Assembly (NCBI RefSeq): GCF_006345805.1 | Contig: NW_021825829.1 | Span: 1 to 14,431 of the forward strand | DNA from: Octopus sinensis | Taxonomy: Eukaryota | DNA length: 14,431 nt | Reading direction: 5' to 3' | Shown: in pieces, positions 8,486-14,431 of the stretch | Layout of the letters: each line of letters starts with the position of its first letter | Numbering within the stretch: position 1 is the stretch's first letter | The notes under the pieces: generated by a model | What the model was told of the DNA's origin: nothing | Seen by the model: the letters and a program-made list of their open reading frames with translations, nothing else | Databases searched by the model: none | Position numbers and translations under genes: made by a program

Positions 8486-8587
8486 ATGGTGCGTGATCGG
8501 GTATAAGTTCCTTCGATGGCGCCGGGGTGGGGGTGGGAGTAAAAGGAATAAAAGACACAACGGGGTGGAAGAGGTGGAGTTTGTTTT

Positions 8588-8620
8588 GGTGGTGGTGGTG
8601 GTGGTGGTGGTGGTGGTGGT
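8588..8620. repeat. (GGT)11 microsatellite
   Basis: Read directly. Confidence 0.97.
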
Positions 8621-8865
8621 GATGCCGCCCAGTGGTGGCTGGACGGAGGGGTGGGGGGAAGAAGGTAGAGGTGGGCGAGATTGAAGTGGAATGTTGAAGT
8701 TGCCATGGATACATCATTGACATTATACATCCGGGTAAGCTGCGAAATGTCAGTCGGGTACATTGCCGGGTGTGGGTGAATGCGTGGGTGGCTATCTGAA
8801 CCATCTTATTTGGATGAAGGACAGCCACAGCCTGTCTGTCTGTCTGTCTGTGTATATGTATATAT

Positions 8866-9283
8866 ACTCTCTTTACTCTTTTACTTGTTTCAGTCAGTTG
8901 ACTGCGGCCATGCTGGAGCACCGCCTTTAGTCGAGCAAATCGACCCCAGAGCTTATTCTTTTGTAAGCCCAGTACTTATTCTATCGGTTTCTTTTTGCCG
9001 AACCGCTATGTGACGGGGACGTAAACACACCAGCATCGGTTGTCAAGCAATGCTAGAGGGACAGACACAGACACACAAACACATACACACACACACATAT
9101 ACATATATATACATATATACGATGGGCTTCTTTCAGTTTCCGTCTACCAAATCCACTCACAAGGCTTTGGTCGGCCCGAGGCTATAGTAGAAGACACTTG
9201 CCCAAGATGCCACGCAGTGGGACTGAACCCAGAACCATGTGGTTGGTAAACAAGCTACTTACCACACAGCCACTCCTGCGCCT
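8866..9283 (-). mobile_element. SINE family A, full length: tRNA-like head, CORE-like segment, internal (TA/TG)n, 3' domain, (GAGTAAAA)-type tail
   Basis: A-box TGGCTGTGTGG (9272-9262), B-box-like GGTTCAGTCCC (9229-9219), then CTTGGGCAAGTGTCTT, similar to the start of the CORE domain. It is nearly identical to 12486-12898. Confidence 0.95.
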
Positions 9284-9336
9284 ATGTATGTATATGTGTG
9301 TATATATATGTGTATAGGTGTGGATGTGTAGACATA

Positions 9337-9642
9337 TTCATTTATTCTTTCATTCTTATATTTTTTCAATCATTTGACTGCGGCCATGCTGGAACACCCT
9401 CTAAAAGTGTTTTCGGCGAAGAAATCGGCCCCAGGATTTATTCTTCGTAAGCCTAGTACTTATTCTATCCGATCTCTTTTGCCGAACCGCTACGTTACGG
9501 GGACATAAACACACCAGCAGTGGTTGTCAAGTGATGGCAAGTCAAGAAGCGAGGCTAGTGTGGGAAGCACTTGGCCGAGGTGCCACGCTGTGGGAACCCA
9601 GAACCATGTGGATGGGACGCTGATTTCTTACTACACAGCCAC
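9337..9642 (-). mobile_element. SINE family A, older diverged copy with the middle deleted
   Basis: The 3' half and pieces of the head are recognisable; the internal microsatellite and the TTGTGAGTGG region are absent. Confidence 0.8.
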
Positions 9643-9913
9643 ACTATGTGTGTATGTATGTACGCATGCATGTACGTATGTTAGCGTGTGTGTATGTATA
9701 TGTGTATGCATATGTATGTTTGTACGTACGTACACCATAAGCAAATACAGGTATATCGAATACAGGTATGTAAGCACGTGTGTATGTTTGTATGTCATTG
9801 TTCAGTTTTATTCCAAGAATTCTTGCCAATAAAGAGTCGGTTTCCAACCTAGATCCAAGCTTCCTTCATTGGAATGTCAACAGCAACAGGGCATTTTTGT
9901 ATGTATGTATGTA

Positions 9914-9950
<37 letters not shown>

Positions 9951-10032
9951 ATATGTGCAGATTTGTATGTTTTGTTTTATCTATGTCATCCCATGCATAT
10001 AATTGCATATCTAGACATACTCATATATATAT

Positions 10033-10167
10033 TTAAATGATAAACTTTTGGAAAGTTTTACAGATTTTTACAGTTCCAGTGATGGATTGGATCTGTAGTC
10101 TTCGAATTAGCTTTCTCCTATCTGGCTTTGAGAAGCCTGATTTCTCAAAATTGGTATTTAGGCAGTG
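10033..10167 (-). mobile_element. 3' end of a probable RLE-class (R4/Dong-like) non-LTR retrotransposon ORF, 5'-truncated
   Basis: Uninterrupted frame HCLNTNFEKSGFSKPDRRKLIRRLQIQSITGTVKICKTFQKFII*. It resembles the LQ...GT..I.K.L/F C-terminus of RLE-type elements (recalled pattern). The stop is followed directly by (AT)n. Confidence 0.55.
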
Positions 10168-10365
10168 TATGTATATATATGTATGTATGTATGTATGAAT
10201 GTATGTATGTATGTATGTTGTATGTATGTTACAGTAAGAACCAGACCATCGAACATTGTTGCACACCACTGATTACAGTGCCCTTTGGATGACGTCTCCC
10301 CACTGTTTAGGCCGGCAGACGGACACCCCACCCTGAATGGAATATGTAACATTGCTGCTGAGAGG

Positions 10366-10460
10366 GCGGAGCCACGTGAAATGAAATGAAGGGTTTTGCT
10401 CAAGAACACCACACGTCACCGGTCTGGGAATCGAAACCGTAATCACGCTGTCTTGAGTGC
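10366..10460 (-). mobile_element. SINE fragment, family C: B-box plus CORE-like segment
   Basis: Minus strand GGTTTCGATTCC (10438-10427), then TGTTCTTGAGCAAAACCCTTCATTTC. Confidence 0.7.
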
Positions 10461-10462
10461 AT

Positions 10463-10520
10463 AGCTGGATCATCTTCCATCATAGAAATGTTGGATCAGG
10501 ACTGACCCGGGGTTAAACAA
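10463..10520 (+). mobile_element. SINE 3'-tail fragment, same family as the 132-bp units
   Basis: ATCATAG...TGGATCAGGACTGACCCGGGGTTAAACAA matches the reverse complement of the 8063-8446 units. Confidence 0.7.
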
Positions 10521-10779
10521 GGCCAATTATTGTTTCAGCAGAATCTTCACAGTTGATGAAATGAATTAACATTGTTTCATCCCTAATCGATAATCCATCA
10601 ATATTCCAATTGATGGAATATTGATCAGTTATTGATAATCCATAGTCCTTTATCGCTACATCTGGACATAATTCCATATTCTTAATTTATGTGCCGGACC
10701 GTACTGTCCCATGGTCAATATATGTGTACGTGTGTTGATGTGTGTTGTATGTTCATATGTATTTATGGATGTACACACA

Positions 10780-10821
10780 CATACACACATACACACACAC
10801 ACCCATATGTATGTTATATAT

Positions 10822-10865
<44 letters not shown>

Positions 10866-10965
10866 ATTTATATATATATATATATTATATATATAGATAT
10901 ATATATAATAGATATAGATAGATGATAGATAGATAGATAGATAGTAGATAGATAGATAGATAGAT

Positions 10966-11003
<38 letters not shown>

Positions 11004-11330
11004 ATAGATAGATAGATAGATAGATATATAGATATATAGAATAGATAGATGATGGATTGATGGATGGATGGATGGACGGACGGACGGATTGACAGGTAGA
11101 TAGACAGATAGATAAGTAGGTAGGTAGGTAGGTAGATAGGTATGTAGGTGGGTGGATGGATAGACAGACAAACAGAAGGACGGACGGATGGACAGATAGA
11201 CAGACAGATAATAGATATATAGAAAGATAGGTCGATAGATTGATAGATATAGAAAGATAGGTAGATAGATAGATAGATAGACAGACAAACAGGTAGGTAG
11301 GTAGACAAATAGATAGATCGATAGATACAG
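10780..11330. repeat. Compound (CA)n/(TA)n/(TAGA)n/(TGGA)n/(CGGA)n/(TAGG)n/(CAGA)n microsatellite
   Basis: Read directly. Confidence 0.95.
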
Positions 11331-11835
11331 TGTACTATAAAAATGGATTGAGAGAATGGTGTGGGTATCGCAGTAAGCTCCTTCACTGAATTGGCTATCA
11401 GTCCATTTAGTAATCAATTATGATGCAAAATATTACGTATGTATGTGTACGCGTGCGTGCGGTTGAAAACTTTCTGCGCGTTTGGCGAATGGGGGTGGGG
11501 CGTGTATGGAAGTATCTTTACAGAAAAACGTGTCCATGCTTCAAAATGTCTGCGAATGAAAAAGTGTGCTGCGTGTGTCTTAAAGAGAAATAATCCGTCG
11601 AGGAAGTCGTCTTTCGTGAGCGATTCGAGAACCTTCAGCAATTCGCTCTTGGTCCTGACAACGGTGTTAAAACGGCGATCTTTGAGCTGCATTCGCATCT
11701 TGGAGGAAAAAACGGAAGTCCACTTGATGGATGCAGAAGCGATACCATGTTGATTTTGGTGAGAAGCTCATGAGTAAGGAGGGCACGGGGACAAGGTGCT
11801 GTTGTAGTCAGGAAGAACTCAGAAAGTTAGGTTTG

Positions 11836-12217
11836 CTTTCAAAGAAGCTTGAGAGGCGGTTGGATGGAACCTACACTCGCCTCCTTATGAGAGCTCAAAA
11901 TCTCTCGTGGAAGCGCCATCCAACCAAAATGCAAATATATGGGAAACTACCACCTGTGTCATCTCTTGTGAAAGGTAGGAGAGTCCAGTTTGCTGGACAT
12001 TGTTGTTGAGCTGAAAAAGAGCTAATTTCTACTCTTCTCCTCTGGAAGCCATCTACTCGCAATACCAGAGGGTGCACACTCTCCTACCCTGATGTAATCC
12101 CCAGGGATACAGGCATCCAGCAACAGGACCTCCCTAATGCCATGATGGACCGTGAAGTCTGGCGTAGCATGGTAAATTCCATTGTCTCGGCCACGGTCGA
12201 ACAATGATAATGATGAT
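11836..12217 (+). mobile_element. RTE-clade LINE, 5'-truncated 3' end with (TGA)n tail
   Basis: LSKKLERRLDGTYTRLLMRAQNLSWKRHPTKMQIYGKLPPVSSLVKGRRVQFAGHCC*AEKELISTLLLWKPSTRNTRGCTLSYPDVIPRDTGIQQQDLPNAMMDREVWRSMVNSIVSATVEQ* has typical RTE C-terminal motifs (RR..FAGH, LLW.P, DR..WR). One internal stop at 12007-12009; tail TGATAATGATGAT. Confidence 0.9.
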
Positions 12218-12485
12218 TGCTTCCACGGACCCTTACGACAGACCAACATCAACAAAGTCGTTGATTCTCCTCCGACGATCCTTATGCAGACGCTGATGAA
12301 TTTTCTCCACGTATGCAAGTCTGACCCTCATACCAGATCTTCCAGATCGCCCATTCCCTTCCAGGGACGTTCTTCCGTTTTTGAAGCATTTCTACCTCTC
12401 GAAACCTTGTGTCCGTCCCATTGTCTCATCGCTGTAAGCTTCCTGAAGCACGATCAATGTCTCCGTAGCAGACTTCCCAAGTTTA

Positions 12486-12898
12486 CTCTTTTAATCTTTT
12501 ACTCTTTTACTTGTTTCAGTCATTTGACTGCGGCCATGCTGGAGCACCGCCTTTAGTCGAGCAACTCGACCCCGGGACTTATTCTTTTGTAAGCCCAGTA
12601 CTTATTCTATCGGTCTCTTTTGCCGAACCGCTAAGTGACGGGACTAAAACACACACCAGCATCGGTTGTCAAGCAATGCTAGGGGGACAAACACAGACAC
12701 ACAAACACACACACGCATATATATACATATATACGACGGGCTTCTTTCAGTTTCCGTCTACCAAATCCACTCACAAGGCTTTGGTCAGCTCGAGGCTATA
12801 GTAGAAGACACTTGCCCAAGATGCCACGCAGTGGGACTGAACCCAGAACCATGTGGTTGGTAAACAAGCTACTTACCACTTAGCCACTCCTGCGCCTA
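12486..12898 (-). mobile_element. SINE family A, full length, inserted in the mariner ORF with a TTTA target-site duplication
   Basis: TTTA at 12482-12485 and 12899-12902. Removing the insert and one TTTA restores ...TGC ATT AAA CTT GGG AAG (C-I-K-L-G-K). Confidence 0.95.
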
Positions 12899-12946
12899 TT
12901 TAATGCAAAATGTCACGCTGGTTCTTGACTCCAACTTCCTGTCCAT

Positions 12947-13075
12947 GGCAAAGCCGCAGACTGCATCATACACGTGATCACAAAATAACAAATTTCACAA
13001 CTTGCGAAGTAAACACTGCGGTGTCATTAGGGCAAACTGCCCCATGATGGTCACTGCTGACCCTCACTGCGCACG
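12947..13075 (-). mobile_element. Probable mariner 5' UTR; no terminal inverted repeat recognised
   Basis: Directly upstream of the transposase ATG (12946-12944); the outer boundary is approximate. Confidence 0.5.
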
Positions 13076-13560
13076 CCCTTTATGTTGGAAGAAAAGGGAA
13101 GATTTAAAGTTTTAGTCGTTGCGGAGAAAGCATCATATGTTAACAAAGATGGCGGGATAGGAGAGGCAAGAAAGCATCTTGATTGTTATGAGGAGGAAGA
13201 GAGGAGATATTAGGGGTCAGAGGGGTTACTTTATGCCGTGACGAAAGGGGAACATTGGGGGTTTCACATACCAATATCATCGATGGCGCGTGGGCGAGAG
13301 GTACAACAGGGACCTTCATGGGCTCAAATGGGAGCTGCTATTTCATGTAAGGCTCTTCATATCATCTGATTGTTACCAACTGGGCCCTTCAAACAGGGAG
13401 GAAGGAAAAAGAAGGAAGGTCATGGACGAAAACGCGGGTAGCTGAGGGCTGGGATAGATCGAGAGGAGCCGAGGTTGTGACCCTCATTTTATAGTCCGGA
13501 CCCCAGAAAACAGGATTTTCGGTCGTTGAACATTACGCCGATGGATGATTTTTACCCGAA

Positions 13561-13578
13561 CTACTACTAATGCTACTG

Positions 13579-13633
<55 letters not shown>

Positions 13634-13665
13634 CACTACTACTACTACTAGTAGTAGTAGTAGTA
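13561..13665. repeat. (CTA)n array followed by inverted (TAG)n; perfect 30-bp palindrome at 13635-13664
   Basis: (ACT)5(AGT)5 read directly. Confidence 0.95.
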
Positions 13666-13744
13666 AATAAAATAACTTCCAGTTGTTTACAGGCAGGCAA
13701 TCGCTAACGACGGACACTCATACTCGCACAGACAAAATTTGCGT

Positions 13745-13868
13745 GTATATATATGCACACACATGTATATATATTATAATATATATATGTATATATATAT
13801 GTATATATAATGTATATATAATATATTATATATCTTTATATATATATATAATATATATATATATAAAG

Positions 13869-13909
<41 letters not shown>

Positions 13910-13916
13910 ATATTAT

Positions 13917-13949
<33 letters not shown>

Positions 13950-14008
13950 CTTTATATATATATATATATATTTATATCTTTATATATATAAATATATATA
14001 TATAAGAA

Positions 14009-14046
<38 letters not shown>

Positions 14047-14070
14047 TATAATATATAAGTAAATGTATAT
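13745..14070. repeat. Degenerate (TA)n tract
   Basis: Read directly. Confidence 0.95.
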
Positions 14071-14128
14071 TTACGTGTGTGTGTGTGATATTTGCCACCT
14101 TGGGAGGTTTTTTCTCTTCTCATTTCAG

Positions 14129-14194
14129 TCTGCATATCCACAGATTTTTTGGAATCAACATCAACAACCACAGCAAGAAGAAGGCGCTCTGCAG
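14129..14194 (+). other. Candidate 66-nt spliceosomal exon of an unidentified host gene
   Basis: Acceptor TTTTTTCTCTTCTCATTTCAG (AG at 14127-14128) and donor CAG|GTGAGA (GT at 14195). The length is a multiple of 3 and all three frames are stop-free. No protein family recognised. Confidence 0.4.
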
Positions 14195-14431
14195 GTGAGA
14201 GAGAAATAAGCTGTCGTCAACATGTTTATAAACGAAAGGTAAACAGTTTTCGATGGAATGTGATGGCGGTGGCGGTGGTGATGAGGGGGGCGGGGGCGGA
14301 AATGTGTGTGTGGGGGGGATGGGGGAGATGTTGTTGGTTTCGTTTTTATTTTTTGGTTTTTGTGGTTTTTTGGTGATATATAGTGGTGGTGGTGGGGAGG
14401 TGAGGTTTTACGAAAAATAATATACAAATTA

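Larger units (their letters stand above)
11594..12946 (-). pseudogene. Decayed mariner-family transposase in three pieces: 12946-12899, 12481-12218 and ~11835-11594
   Basis: MDRKLESRTSVTFCIK | LGKSATETLIVLQEAYSDETMGRTQGFER*KCFKNGRTSLEGNGRSGR...VEKIHQRLHKDRRRRINDFVDVGLS*GSVEAI | *VLPDYN(frameshift)APCPRALLTHELLTKINMVSLLHP..DFRFF..KMRMQLKDRRFNTV...LKVLESLTKDDF. These match mariner HTH, HDNAPxH and DF.LF..MK..L.GRRF motifs. Confidence 0.88.

Noticed and set aside
8745-8760. Strong splice donor G|GTAAGC near 8735
   Set aside because: No upstream polypyrimidine acceptor defines an exon; the donor itself lies just upstream of this interval.
11460-11593. Peptide ...SVKILPYTPHPHSPN... as a second transposase PxSPD motif
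   Set aside because: The similarity is weak and in the wrong order relative to the mariner pieces; not supportable without alignment.
12293-12330. CTGATGA on the + strand as a hammerhead core
   Set aside because: No GAAA box follows; it lies inside the antisense of the mariner ORF.
11836-12898. RTE LINE as the mobilising partner of adjacent SINE A
   Set aside because: The 3' ends differ ((TGA)n versus a GAGTAAAA-type tail) and I see no shared 3' sequence; adjacency is not evidence.
13146-13155. YY1/Pho-type site AAGATGGCGG as a promoter element
   Set aside because: It is a single short motif with no CpG island or other promoter evidence, and is compatible with chance.
115-14427. Most supplied ORFs (IY-, IYLS-, CV-, TH-, poly-V/P/H/G-rich)
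   Set aside because: They are translations of microsatellites or SINEs that lack stops for compositional reasons. The recurring FDCGHAGAPPLVEQ and GLNPEPCGW peptides are SINE A read-through.

Overview
Repeat-dense eukaryotic non-coding DNA with no intact protein-coding gene that I can support. The SINE families, microsatellite load and transposon remnants look like octopus or coleoid cephalopod DNA; that is an inference from recalled repeat motifs, not a database search. Much of the window is (TA)n, (TACA)n, (TAGA)n and (CCA)n microsatellite, which explains most of the supplied ORFs. The rest holds at least 8 copies or fragments of one tRNA-derived SINE (family A), pieces of other SINE families and two decayed Tc1/mariner transposases. 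One of these is a DD37D-type C-terminus; the other is a mariner split by a full-length SINE and by an RTE LINE 3' end that replaces its middle. There is also the 3' end of a probable RLE-class non-LTR element. The most interesting structures are: (1) a 346-bp, 98%-identical inverted duplication (6499-6844 / 7291-7636) around the DD37D remnant; (2) a 40-bp-stem hairpin (5389-5492) closing on a degenerate type-I hammerhead ribozyme core, plus a second hammerhead-like core at 1545-1583, both on the minus strand and embedded in microsatellite; (3) a triplicated 132-bp SINE tail; (4) a candidate 66-nt exon at 14129-14194. I found no evidence for an intact, novel protein-coding system.
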